64,000 nucleotides of DNA, from the NCBI GenBank assembly GCA_000697335.1, contig JNEM01006591.1, positions 1-64,000 of the forward strand, given 5' to 3'. Below, one piece after another: positions 13,681-27,000 of the stretch. The notes beneath the pieces were generated by a model that did no database searches, was not told the DNA's origin, and saw only the letters and a program-made list of their open reading frames with translations. Every line of letters starts with the position of its first letter. Position 1 is the stretch's first letter. Made by a program: the position numbers and the translations under genes. The DNA comes from Conidiobolus incongruus B7586 (lineage: Eukaryota).

Positions 13681-15960
13681 ATGACAAGTTTGAACCATTC
13701 AGAATATATTCGAAAAATATTACAAGAATCTTCAGTTATTGTCCATATTGATATGGGTAAATTTTATCAACAATATTTTGAATAATATTCCTATATTCAC
13801 CTATTTTGTTTTGATTGTTTTTATTGTCAAGTTGGTAAATTGAAATGACCTTACCAAAATTCTTAATTTTGATATATAAATTAGAGCAATTGAGACTAAA
13901 CATTCCCGAAGATGAACCACTAGCTGTACGTCAATGGAATGGACTAGTTGCCGTGAATTATGCTGCCAGATCTTATGGTGTATCAAGGTAATTTTATTTT
14001 ACCCAATATTTTAAATAATTTAATAAGATTTTTTGAAGGTTTGAAGAAATTGATCAAGTTTTAAAAAAATGTCCCAGTAATTGAATGATTCCTGATCATT
14101 TAAATATTGAATTAACTGGTTCTAGATATTCATTTGGTGCATGTACCAACTATTAGCGCTGATAATAAGGATATACAATATCACGAGAATCCAGATGCCA
14201 AAACGCATAAAGCTAATTTGGAGCCGTATAGGTTGGCTAGTAACCGAATTTTTGAATTTTTGAAATCGAATTTGAAAACTTGTAAAATTCAAAAAGCTAG
14301 TATAGGTAATGAATTTTATTTATTATTAGAATGAATACTTGATATTGACTTTATTTAGATGAAATTTTTGTGGATATGACACAAATTGTCAATGAACAAA
14401 TTATTCAAAAGTATGAGATTGATAGCATAGGAGGGTTGGTTGCTCCCAATGTCAATCTTGAAGAATTTGGACTAGTTGCAAAGCATTCCGAATCCCATGG
14501 TGACGATCCTACTGTAATCGATATAGATGTTGATTTTCCTACATTCGATACCATTGCATTGAATTGGCAACGAGTACAACTTTACGAATGTTCCAAAATG
14601 GTTTGGAAATTGAGGGATGATTTGAAATCGGAATTGGGGTACACATGCTCAGCAGGTAAGTCATTGTAATTTCCAATTCAATGAGATGATTAGTTGATCA
14701 ATGGTAGGTATATCTCACAATAAAATTCAATCCAAATTATGTTCAGGTTGGAATAAACCTAATCGTCAGGTAAATAAGCTTAATATAACTTGAACCTTAA
14801 GCCAAATGATTGTTTGGATAGACAGTTTTACCCAATTCAGACCTCTTTGAATTCTTTTACCATCTACCAATCAAAAAATTGAAAGGATTGGGTGGTAAAC
14901 TAGGGGATTGTTTAACTTCTAAATTTGGTGAATTCATCAACGAATATTGGTAATTCATGCTAGACTTTGTAAGATTTTTAGTTAATGGTTTTTTAGGGGT
15001 TTAAGTGTAAAGCAATTGCAACAAGTTGTGGGAGAAGAACAAGCTACAATGATCTATAAGATCGTGAGGGGGATATATCATGAGCCAGGTAAATCAATTA
15101 AGGTTGAAAACCAGCTTAATTTTAATTCGATTAGTGGTGGAAGGAACTCAAATTAAATCATATTCGGCTATAAAAAATTTAACCTCTGTATTAACTCAAT
15201 TTGAAGATGTCAAACCTTGGATTCGTGTACTAGCTACAGAACTCGTAGGTAGACTTCAAATAGATGATCAGGCTGACAGTGAAATTACTTGGTTCAAAAC
15301 TTTAGTGGTAATTCTAAAAATTGATATTATTATTATATAAATTATAATGTAAATCAGTTGAAATTTAGATGCCAATCCAAAACCAAATCCTACTCGACGA
15401 CCATGCCATCATTGAATCAATACCGCTCCAATTCCGATATCTTTTACCAAAAATGTGAGCAGTTGGCTAGGGATCATTTTCCAAAGTTGGGTATCTCATC
15501 TATTTCTTTGTCGCTATCCAATCCAACCACAACTGATACACCATCTAACCTTAACAAAATTACTCAATTTTTTAAAAAGAGAAAATTTGAAGAATCGTTA
15601 TCAACAGATAATGTCAAATTGGAAAATCAATCCATTAATAATAATCATGATGATGATGATATAAAAGATATGGACATGATTTTCAACGATCCCAAATCCC
15701 CAAAGGCGGACATTACAGAAGAACCTGCTGCTGCCGATTCGATGACTATGGACAAACCCGGTGAAATGAATCCAAATACCCAGCTGTGCGACACATGTCA
15801 CCACCTAGTACCAAGGGATAAAATGCAGGAACATTTGGACTTTCACTTCGCTCAAACCCTTGCCGCTGAGGAATCACAAAGATCTTCACCTATTCGATCC
15901 AATTCCAGCTCGAAAAAAGCCAAACAAATGACCATTAAACAATTTTTCAAAAAATTATAA
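13681..15960 (+). CDS. RAD30: Y-family translesion DNA polymerase eta (multi-exon)
   Basis: Spliced motifs VIVHIDM-DCFYCQVE, AVNYAARSYG, KASIDE, CSAGISHNK..SKLCSGWNKPNRQT, KGLGGKLG. C-terminal UBZ (CDTC...EHLDFH) and PIP box QMTIKQFF. All introns are GT-AG except intron 1 (13757-13813). Confidence 0.93.
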
Positions 15961-16607
15961 ATCCAATCAATAATAAAGTATCAGGTATTCCAATTATTTT
16001 ATGAATCTTCAATTCATATTCCATAATAATTTTTTATCTAATTAATTTTTCAAATTTGAATTTTCTATTCAGTATCAAATTTCAAGAATAATACTACACA
16101 ATCAAATTCAATTCTATTTATTTCAAATCATTGAAATTTTGGGGAATAAAAAAATTCAATATTTAATAGAAAAAAATCGTTAGATAGAGGCTGTAAATTT
16201 ATTAATTCCATTTAAAATATTAAATGACCATATTCGAAAATTACGTTGATCAATTATAAATGTTAGAATATACCAAAGTTACGATCTCAAAATTTAACGG
16301 AGTGTTGACGTTGGTATAAAACTCTAAGATCTCCAATATATACCTAAGAAAATGATATTTTGAGGAGTGAATTTTAGTTTGGGTATTGATGAAAATTTAA
16401 TCTAGATGAGAATGATGATCAGAGAGAAATTTGAAGGTTATTAACATAGATGAATTTATTGAATTTGAAAACTCTTGTATTGAATGAAATATTCTTACAA
16501 AGAGAGATTTAGGTTAATATCAATATATAGTTTGTATTTAAGAAGATTATTTACTCCAAAGTTATATAATTTACATAAAAATTATTAAAATTATTTTATT
16601 AAATAAA

Positions 16608-18206
16608 TTAGTAGGGACAATTGTTGAAATATCGGGGGAATGGTATGACATCCCTAATAGATTGCATACCAGTGACCATTTGCACGAGACGATCGAGACC
16701 AATACCGAAGCCACCATGGGGGAATGTGCCAAATTTGCGTAGGTCAAGGTACCATTGTAAGGATGCTAAATCCATACCGGAATGATGGATGCTTTGCTTG
16801 AGAATTGTCAAGTTATCTTCGCGCATGCTGCCACCCGCCAATTCGCCAATGTGGGGAACGAGAAGGTCGAAACATGCGACGGTTTTGCCATCGGGGTTGC
16901 GCTTCATATAGAAGGGCTTAAGGTCGATGGGGTAGTCCGTGACAAAGACGGGTGACTTACAATACTCTGCGGCCAAATACTTCTCGTGTTCAGATTGTAA
17001 TGATAATCCCCATTCTACCGGATGTTCGAAAGCGACGGGAGCATTCTTTAAAATTTCAATACTTTGAGTATATGTCAAATGGGCAAACGGTTTATCCACA
17101 TAAGTGGCCAATCTTTCTATCAGTGTAGAATCGTAAAATCGATTGAAAAAAGTCATATCTTCATGATTATTTTGCAAACAGTTGCTAATGCTCTTTTTGA
17201 CAGCTTTTTCGCAAACTTCCATATTTTGGAAATTGGAATCGATGAATGCGATTTCGGCTTCCGCCATCCAGAATTCGCTTAAATGTCGCGACGTCATGGA
17301 TTTTTCGGCTCGGAATGTGGGATTGATGCTGTACACCCGCGACATGCCTGATGCTATCGCTTCCAGGTGGAGTTGACCAGAGACTGATAAGTAGGCAGGT
17401 GAACCGAAATAATCGATGGTCTGGGGTCCCTCTTTGCTGGGGTTTGGGATCGGTTCGTTGGATTCGACTTTAAACACTTCGCCACCTCCTTCGCAGTCGT
17501 TGGAAGTGATAATAGGTGGGTGCACTTGGATGAAATCTTGATTCTAATTATTACCACAGTTAGTTTATAAAAATTAATATAATTTACAATATTTACATAA
17601 AAAGAGCTGTTTAATCCCTGAATAATACTATTTCTAACTCTTAAAACACTTGAATTAGTTTTAGTTCTAGCTCTCAAATGCGCATGATTTCTAACAAATT
17701 CTAAAGTATGTCGCTTCTTCTGTAACGGATACTCCTACAAAATTAGTACAAAATTATAATGGTGATAGTTAGCTTACTTCAGCACTACATTCCCCCAAAA
17801 TTTTCCAGTCCTGGATTTGTAATTCCTTAGCTTGATTTGCACCGGGACTTTGGACTAATTTTCCGCGGATTTCCAAACTGGTACCAGTGGCAACACTAGA
17901 ACTAATTAATAAAATTGATTAATAAGGCTTAGAAATAATTTACTTGGGTAGAGGATTTCCTTCAATGACAGCTTGTAAACTCTGAAGCGTGGACCCATCG
18001 TTAAGTTCCACGAAGTTTAGGGTTTTTTGTTTGCGTACACTCCTAACCCAACCACGAACGGTTACTTCGGTATCGATGGGAGTTGAATTAAGATGAGTTT
18101 TAATATTTTGAGGTAATTCTTTCACTTGAGATGAATAGAATTTGATTAGCCTGAAATTGGTCTGAGTTAATAATTGGTTATTTTTTAGGAGTGATTTTAA
18201 GAGCAT
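16608..18206 (-). CDS. SLM5: Asparaginyl-tRNA synthetase, probably mitochondrial (4 exons)
   Basis: OB-fold VRGWVRSVR..LNDGS, YPLQKK, CEGGGEVF, YLSVSGQLHLE, PTFRAEKS..SRHLSEFWMAEAE, PHGGFGIGLDR. Basic N-terminal presequence (MLLKSLLK...RLIKFYSS). Confidence 0.93.
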
Positions 18207-18773
18207 TTTATTAATTTTATGTTTTTTGTGGGGAATTGGGGTCATATCTTTTTATATGAAACCAGTGTATTTTTGGATTAATGAAAGTTTTATGGGATGA
18301 TAAATAGATTTGTAGAGTCATTAAATATTAAATTCAATTGCCACATTAATTCTGAGATAAATAATTACTGAATTGACACCCAACAATATAATTAAAAAAA
18401 TCAATAATTCAAAAAATTTTAAATATTCCAATATTAAATTATTAAATATTACAGATTGACAATTTAAATATATTATATATGGATAAAATTAATATTTTCA
18501 GAGCTTAACTAATGCTTTTTAAAATATATATGTATAATTGTTATTAACACTATTCCAATTCTAAAATAATATAGATACATCATATATCTATATCATCAAA
18601 ATAACTAAAAATATATTATTAATTTGGAAACAAAATTGATAATCATAGAAAAAAAAGAAATTTTCAATTCTTTTATGATGTGAAATTATATTTATACCAC
18701 AATTTCTAGTCATTCAGAATGACATTATTAAATTTGTGACGTTAACTCCTCTTTCATTCTGAGTGTATTCAAT

Positions 18774-20193
18774 ATGGGAAAATTAATTCGCATCAATTTT
18801 TTAAAATTACCTCCACGTCAAATTCAATTGGGAGAGTGTTGGAAATTTTCTGCGACTAGTAAGTTATTTTTATTTATTCTAATATTGGTATTAACGGGAG
18901 TGATTAGTTACCACTGATTTGGGATTGCCGCCCGAGTTAGATCGTCATAAGTTGCAGATTGTGTTGAAATTGGTGCCTTTGGATATTCAGAGTGGTACGT
19001 CGTTGCAATGGAATCAGTTGAAGCAGAATGTGGTTTTCAATTTGATTAGTCCCAATCCCATCAAGGTTAGTAAGTCGTCATCCAAGGACAATCTGTCTGT
19101 TCAATGTGAGATGCCGAGTCAGGGGAGTTATATTGAATGGAATTTCGTATGTAGTATCAATTCAGTACAAAAGAATTCCAAATTTAATTTGGACAAGGTT
19201 CAATTTCAGCTGTGCTTAGAATTGGGAGATTATTGGAATGGTGAAAATATTCAAGTTAATCAATTCCCGGGAGGTAATGCTATCGATGACGTATACTTGT
19301 TAAGTTTATACTCATTACCTATTCAAATCACATCGAAGCCTCCATCCCCAAATGGTGGACTTGTACCAATTCCATTCACTTCCAAAGACGACTGCGATAT
19401 GGAGCGTATTTCTCACGAGCGTCGTTACTATATGAAATCCATACCATCTCAAAATTATATTAGACTTTTGGAAATTCCTTTAGGTAGAGATTTGGGATCT
19501 CATGGTTGGGATTGTAGTTATATAGGTCTTCAATTTTTACAAAGTATCTTATTCCCCACAACTGTACCCCAGGAGTTAAACATTGTAAAAAATTGTAATG
19601 TGAATGCCGATCTAGTTCAATTAATTAGGGAAAATTTAGTACCTAAACAAGGTAGAAAAGATCCCATTAAAATTATTGAATTGGGAGTTGGAGTTGGATT
19701 ATTCAGTATTGGTTTAAATCAAACTTTAAGAGAATTATACGATCATAATGTTCAACGCTCCAAGATGAAGGGATTAATATGGAAGTACGAGTTGATTATG
19801 ACTGATTTACCGGTGATTTTAAATGGTACTAGACGTCAACTGGTAGCGAATCCTGTGGATACCAAGACGAAGACTGGATATAGCTCCACATTTACTCCAA
19901 TGGTCCTGGATTGGGAACAGCCTACTACTTCCGAAAATGCTCAAATTTTATCTAACCTCAACTGGATATTCGCGTATGATGTCGTGTATAACAATACAGC
20001 TCACAAGCCATTACTCAACACCTTAATTCACCTTACAGAGAAAACTGACGCATTAATCATACTTGGGTACAAAGTTCGAAATCAGTCAGTTGAACAAGAT
20101 TTCTTTAAACTATGTAAACTTCATTTCAATCTGACAAAATTGGTTACATATTATCAAATTCATTTGATATTATTGACAAGGAAGAGAGAATAA
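18774..20193 (+). CDS. Class I SAM-dependent protein methyltransferase, family 16 (METTL21/Efm-like), with N-terminal extension; 2 exons (18774-18858, 18908-20193)
   Basis: GSHGWDCS, motif I IIELGVGVGL, LIMTDL, LDW and DxxY motif (FAYDVVY). A GTAAGT...TAG intron joins the upstream ATG in frame. Confidence 0.8.
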
Positions 20194-20499
20194 TAAAATT
20201 ACAATGTCAAATAACTTTAATGATTGAAGCTTGTACTCGAAAAAAATTTTGGAATAGAATGAGTTGGTGGGATTAGTAGTTATGAGTTAAGAATGATATG
20301 TAATGAAATTATATAGCTAATAATGTGTATTGAAACTAAATCATATTAATTCATTTTTTGGATTAACTAAAATAGCTTCACAAACTTATAATCCAACAAA
20401 ATGGATCATTCAACCCCAATCAAACTCTCATCCAAAATGATTTTTAAATATTGGAATGATCAAACTCATTATTCAAATAAAGTTTTTGATAATAATAAA

Positions 20500-20655
20500 A
20501 AAGCCTAAGAAAAGTAGGCTTTTGGGACAAAAATTGTCCAGTCAAGACACCCGAAGGTGTTTGTAGGGAAGGTCCCGTCGCTGTTGTGCAATGCGGGGGC
20601 CCAACCCCAGTAAGACCGCCTTCATGATCACGGTCGAACCCTGGCAGGTAAGTAA
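20500..20655 (-). ncRNA. U1: U1 spliceosomal snRNA
   Basis: Minus strand reads ACTTACCTG (5' splice-site pairing), SL1 loop GATCATGAAG, SL2 loop ATTGCAC (U1A site), an SL3 hairpin ACACC-TTCG-GGTGT, Sm site AATTTTTG and a terminal stem-loop AAGCCTA...TAGGCTT. Confidence 0.95.
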
Positions 20656-23600
20656 TGTTTTAATGTCAATTGAGTGAGATTTTTATACTAAATTGGGATG
20701 AATTTGTGAGTGGTGAAGTTATGGGATTAGTGTAATGTGTTTCGTTAAATGAGAATTTTTATTTGTTTAAAAAATTCAAATCAAAAATCAAAATATTGAA
20801 TTAAATAGTTTGCAATGATTATTCAAATGTAAACAGTGCCAGAAAAAATAAACGATTTTTTCATATTAATTCTTTTTAAATAATTCTAATATTACTCTTT
20901 TATATCTTTTAATATCCAATAGAATAGATTAATTAATTTTCAAATTCATATCAATCTCTAATAAATTAAATTCTGATGTTAATTTGTGTTTTAAAATATA
21001 TATATGTATTTCTATTTTTACAAAATTATACATATTGCATTTTAATAAATAAAATCAACAATTCTATCAAGTATATAGATTCTTGAACATTATTATGATT
21101 TACAATAAATGATATTTATTGAAATAATTTTGAGTTTTCAATAAATTTGAATAAAATATATGTAAAAGAGTTTTTTATAGTTAATATTTTATATAATTAA
21201 TATTAATTAAACTATGCACGTTAAAATTTATAAGATAATATTATATTTGATTATATACCATCCAAAATTAATTCACTCATATAATCATATTATAATGAAT
21301 TTAAATTAAATCATTAGAAAAACTGGCTATATTTTCAATAATAAGCTTAAAATAAAATGGAATATAATATCTTGTCCTTAAATATAATATAATATAATAT
21401 AATATAATTTTAGATAATAATGAAATAAAAAAATTATGAGAGGTGTAATCAAAATAAAAAATTCAAGGAAATAAAAATTATTATAGTATTTTCCAAATTA
21501 AATTATAAATTTCCAATATATATAATCAGATTTTTGAATATATTTTTATAAAAATATTTGTAAATGATTGAATATTGAATGTTGAATGTTAAATAGGTAA
21601 TATACTTATTAAATATATTAGACATTTAGCTCTTTAACAATATCGAATCAATTAATACAATGAATTTAAACATGGTTCTGCATATCAATGGCAATCTTCT
21701 TAATTCAACAAATATACCACTATGATTAATGAAAGAAATAACTTCAAAGTTTTATACTTATAAATTTAACAGACATTAGAACTCCAAGCGTTTCAATTAA
21801 AAGACTAAACTAATTATAATTATAATCATAATGGTTCAAATCATCTGAGTATGACAGATAGTATAAAATTTGCAATTTTTTTCTTTAAATATTTTATATA
21901 CATATTTTATCGTATATCAATTGATATTATATTGTAAAATAATTATTTTGGAAAGAAAAACACATTCGTAAATTTTTTTATATAAATAAATTTAACTAGA
22001 TGAATGTTAGTGGTATTTTAATAAAAGATTTAGGAAATATTACTCTATTATAGTTCATTCCAATTATTAAAAGTTTCTCATTTTGTATATATGAGATTTT
22101 TTGAAATTAGATTTCGGTTGTTTATGTTTTCAGAAAAATTGGATACAATATAAATAAATTGTAAATAAGAATTGGTAATTGATTAATACCAAAATTTTGT
22201 TTAATTAGCCTAGAATGAATTGAAAATTCCTTAAGTATTTTATTTAATAGATCACTTTTAAACTTATTATTTATGAGACAAAATGTTAGGTTTCCTTTTC
22301 TTGATTTTTTACAAGCCGACATTCATTTCGTTTAAAGTGACAACAGATTCATGAATAATATGAATCACAACTAAAACTCTAGCTAACAAATTCACTTTAA
22401 ATATATTTTAAAAATTTATTTCCCATATTAGAATCAGTGTAAGTAATGAGGTAATCAGAATTGAGACTATTTTAAACAGTCTATTGTTCATTTTAAAACA
22501 TATTAATCCAGTGTAGAAAATTAGTATATGACACAGCCTCACAGCCACAAGCAGATAAAAAAGCTTGATAGATTTATTGCATTAATGTTTTGCTAGACAG
22601 TTAATAATATTACAGCATCGTTGACCTTAAAGATTAAATTTCGGATTTCATTGATTTTGCTTCATGTATTGAGAATATAACTTTGATATCAAATATGACA
22701 TATATATTGATAATTTATATAATTTATATTATTTCAAAGGTTATATAGAGTTATAGAATAATTAAGTATTCAAAACATGGTTTGGTATTGAAAAAAAGTG
22801 AAGATTTGCATTTAATTAACACTCCCATAATTTTATCTTTTGCTATTTTATTGATAATTACATAGTTTGATTTATGAATCGATTTCATTTTATTGTAATA
22901 TCATATTGCTTTATATTATTAATAGATTATTCCAAATATTTATCATATTTTGGTATTACTTTATTGCGAAAGCAATGGCTCATTAGTACAAATCGTGAAT
23001 TAGCTAATATCATTTAAGATATATAATAAATAATGATAATCTTCATATTAGATTTGATATCTAATAAATAATAACAAAAAATTATGTATCATAATTATCA
23101 TAGATTTTAGTGTTATATTATCGAACATTGTATTTTTCAACAAAAGCACACTCATATCAAATTTAATTCTGATTAGATGTAATTTCTCTGTTCATCTGAG
23201 CTTAATATTAAATATGAATATTTTATATACTTCAATATTATCTTGAATAAATATTTTTTGCAAAACTTACTGAGATTTATATATCTTCATAATGATTCTA
23301 GCTATAATTTATCAGGGTATAAAATGAGTAAAAAAATATTTGATTATTTTTAACTATAGATTTTAGTCTTAAATTTATTTTTCAAATTTTGGAAATATTT
23401 TATTGAAAAAAAAGAATATGAAAAAATATTTTAACATTAAGGGTTGATATTAAATTTAGATTCCATTTTAGGTGAATTATGTAAATTCAAAGTATTTTAA
23501 ATTTTAATTTTTGGGATATATTTAATGTGAAATTGGAAAATTAAAGTAAATTAGTATTGTATCAAAATTTTGATTAAATAGTTATTAAAAAGAAATAATT

Positions 23601-23768
23601 TTTGAAAATGATTTGATTGATCGCTAGATTCAATCAGATATACTTTGAAGATGCATCATTGCTAATAAAATATGTTTATTTTATTTGTATAAGGAATGGT
23701 ATATTACTATTTTTTTTCATATTCTATTCGATACCTTTTAAGATTTATTCTAAAATGAAAATAAAATA

Positions 23769-23910
23769 ATTGGCTAATTAAAAAGGTCTCTATGATTGGA
23801 TCAACCAATACGCGACTTTCTCTATCAATATGATTGGTCAAACAAATAATTCAGCGTGATAAATGATTGGTCAAATTCCAAAATTTTTACAAACACGATA
23901 ATTGCGCAAT
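23769..23910. promoter_or_regulatory. CCAAT-box cluster with MCB/SCB-like ACGCGA upstream of POL1
   Basis: ATTGG/CCAAT at 23769, 23795, 23805, 23833 and 23866. ATGATTGGTCAAA is repeated exactly at 23830 and 23863. ACGCGA at 23810; palindrome ATTGCGCAAT at 23901. Confidence 0.55.
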
Positions 23911-24054
23911 ATAATCAAAGTATAAAAACTTATGACGATCCTTTTTTTGAGTTAAAATTAGTCAAAAAATTATTTTGGATAATAGTTAAAAATTGATCCA
24001 AATAAAAAATATTCAAAAAAGAATAATTAACCAAACATATAATCATTAATAATA

Positions 24055-27000
24055 ATGTCTTCAAGACGTTCCCAGAAAAATCAGAGTAAAAAATCAGCTC
24101 TTGAACAGTTAAAGAGAACTCGAAGGGGTGAGAAGAATGTTAGAGAATTCGACGTAATTTTTTCTATCACATCTACTTGTTTTTCAAACTAACTCGAATT
24201 TAGGATTCTGCTTCAGCTTTCTACCAAGAGTTAGAGGATGACGATTACCACCAATACATTGAAGAACAGAACGATTTTATCGAAGATGACGACGGTTCAG
24301 GTTACGTCGACAGAGGTCAAATTGAAACTAACTACTACTCAGACGAAGAAGAACGCGAAAATAAAGGTATAAATTAATGTATAGTAGTATTAATTGGTAA
24401 CTAACTCGATTTAGTTAAGAAATTGAATAATATTAAGAAGAGTTCAATTCCCGTTCAAACTGTTAAACCCGAGCATACTTTACCTCAAATGTTTAAGAGG
24501 TCGACAGCTTCCAGCTATGGAGCTAACTTCAGTTCTAGAAGGCTACAACCAACCAACGTTAAAGTAAGTTTTCTTTAATATTAAAAATTACAATTGGTAT
24601 TTATGAAATATAGGTGGAAGATGCAGGTGAAGATATCCTCAATAGCATTTTGAATTCTATGGATACTCGAAAATCCACTACTACTATACCATCAAAATTT
24701 AATTTAAATTCTGGCCTTGATAACAATCAAAGACAAACTTCTACTCAAAACAGCATACAATCAAGGAATTTATTCCAATCTAATATTCGAAGTACTGAAC
24801 CTTCTGTTCCTATCATCAAACAGGAGGTAATTAAAAAGCACTTCATGTCAAAATAATTACTAACTTGAATTTTAGTCAACTACATTCAACTCCACAATAC
24901 CCGAAATTAAACATGAAACCATAGACTTCCAGCTCGAATCTGATGTAGAAGATACCAACGATATTTCTCAACATTTGGAAGAAACGCATTTAGATTCCAG
25001 TCAAAATCCTACCACATCCAATATTCCCAATCCCACCGAGAACACTGCTATGGAAGTAGACGAACCTGTCAAGCCTACACCACAATGGCTACAAATTCAA
25101 AAATCATTCGCGAACGCCAATGCCCAAGACGATCAATTCGAAGACAATGAATTGTGGGATGACCAACTTCCCAGCAAAGAAGACGAACTCATCATGTTCT
25201 GGATCGATGCTGTTGAACATGGTGGTGTTGTTTATTTATTTGGTAAAACTTACAATCCCGACACTAAACAATTCACCAGTTGTGCTGTAAAAGTTGATGG
25301 TTTACACAGATGTCTATACTTCTTGCCAAAGGGTGGTAAATTCAAGGAGGTGAAAGATGATGATCAAGACAGTGATAACGATTCCCAAAATAGTGAAGGC
25401 GATAAAGAAACCAAATCCAATCACGAAGATGATAGTTTAGTTACTTATGAAGAGTTAAGATCCGAAGTGATGGAACTTTTTAGTAAACACAATATCACTG
25501 GCCGCAAAGGGTTCAAACGTACTACAAAAAAATATGCATTTGAAGACAAATCAGTACCCTGCGAAGCCGAATATTTGTTCGCTATTTATCCTTTCGATAT
25601 GCCTGCACTTCCAATGGATTTACAGGGCAACGGATTTTCTAAAATGTTTGGATCCAACACCAGTGCTTTGGAGTTGTTGCTCGTGCAACAAAAATTGATG
25701 GGACCTAGCTGGATCAAGATTACCAATTGTGAAGTAGCTGAGAGACAGGTAATTTGAAAATTATATGAATTTATTAAATACAATAATAATGTTTTGATTG
25801 ATAGGTGACTTATTGTACTCAAGAATATGTTTCATATGGCTACAAATCTGTTAAACCTCTCGTTGATGAAGAGTTGGAACCTTTGAGAGATCGTTTACCT
25901 CCTTTACGCGTAATTGGTATTACTATTAAAACAATTATCAATCCTGAAACCAAAGAAAACGAAATTTCAATGGCTCATTTGGTCCACTACAATCATGTGG
26001 ATATTACTAAAGAAGTTGAGCCTGAGACATTACGCAGCGAACGCCTTAGTCTTATTCGTCAAATTCCAGGTACTGTTGTCACTGACACAGTTGTCAACAA
26101 ACTCAAAGGAAATCATATCGACGCTAAAATCTGTCACACAGAATCTATGTTATTAAATGCTTTAATGGCTTGGATTACTCAAAAAGATCCTGATGTTTTC
26201 GTTGGTCATAATTTAATTGAATTTGGATTAGATGTCTTACTCACTAGATTGAAGGCTCTCAACATTAAAATGTGGTCCAAGATTGGTCGTTTGAGACGTA
26301 CCAATTGGCCTAAGGGTGCAGGTTCCGACGGTGGTTTCATTAATCGAGGTATTGTTAGTGGTCGTCTTTTGTGTGATACTTATCTGGGAGCTAAGGTAAT
26401 CACCATCATACATTTTTCTTGATTACTTTATTAATAATGTATTTAGGAAAATGTCAAATCCAAAAATTATACTTTAGCTACTTTATCCGAATCCCAATTG
26501 GGTATCGTCAAAGAAACTATTGAATACGAAAGAATTATGGAATATTATGAAACCACCGATTCTTTGGTCCATCTTGTCAAGCAAGGTGATTTCGATTCGT
26601 TTTTGACTGTCAAATTAATGTTTAAGTTACAATTGTTGCCTCTGTCTTTACAGTTAACCAATTTAGCTGGCAACTTATGGTAATTTGACTGATTTATGAT
26701 TATTAATATTGTATTAATAATATTTTAGGACTCGTACTTTAACTGGTGGCAAATCGGAACGTAATGAATATCTATTATTACACGAATTTTATAATAGAGG
26801 TTATATTGTACCAGACAAAGTTTGGAATTCTAAGAAAATTGTCAAGGCTGAAAAAGAGGTTGAAGATGTTGAAGTCAGTAACCAATCCTCAGGTAGAAGA
26901 AAGCCAGCTTATGAAGGTGGTCTCGTATTAGAACCTAAGAAAGGCTTATACGACAAAATCGTATTGCTTCTTGATTTCAATAGTTTATACCCATCCATCA

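Noticed and set aside
21600..22700. 66-aa ORF (22122-22322) and surrounding coding-like DNA
   Set aside because: No recognisable motif. May be a decayed gene but cannot be supported.
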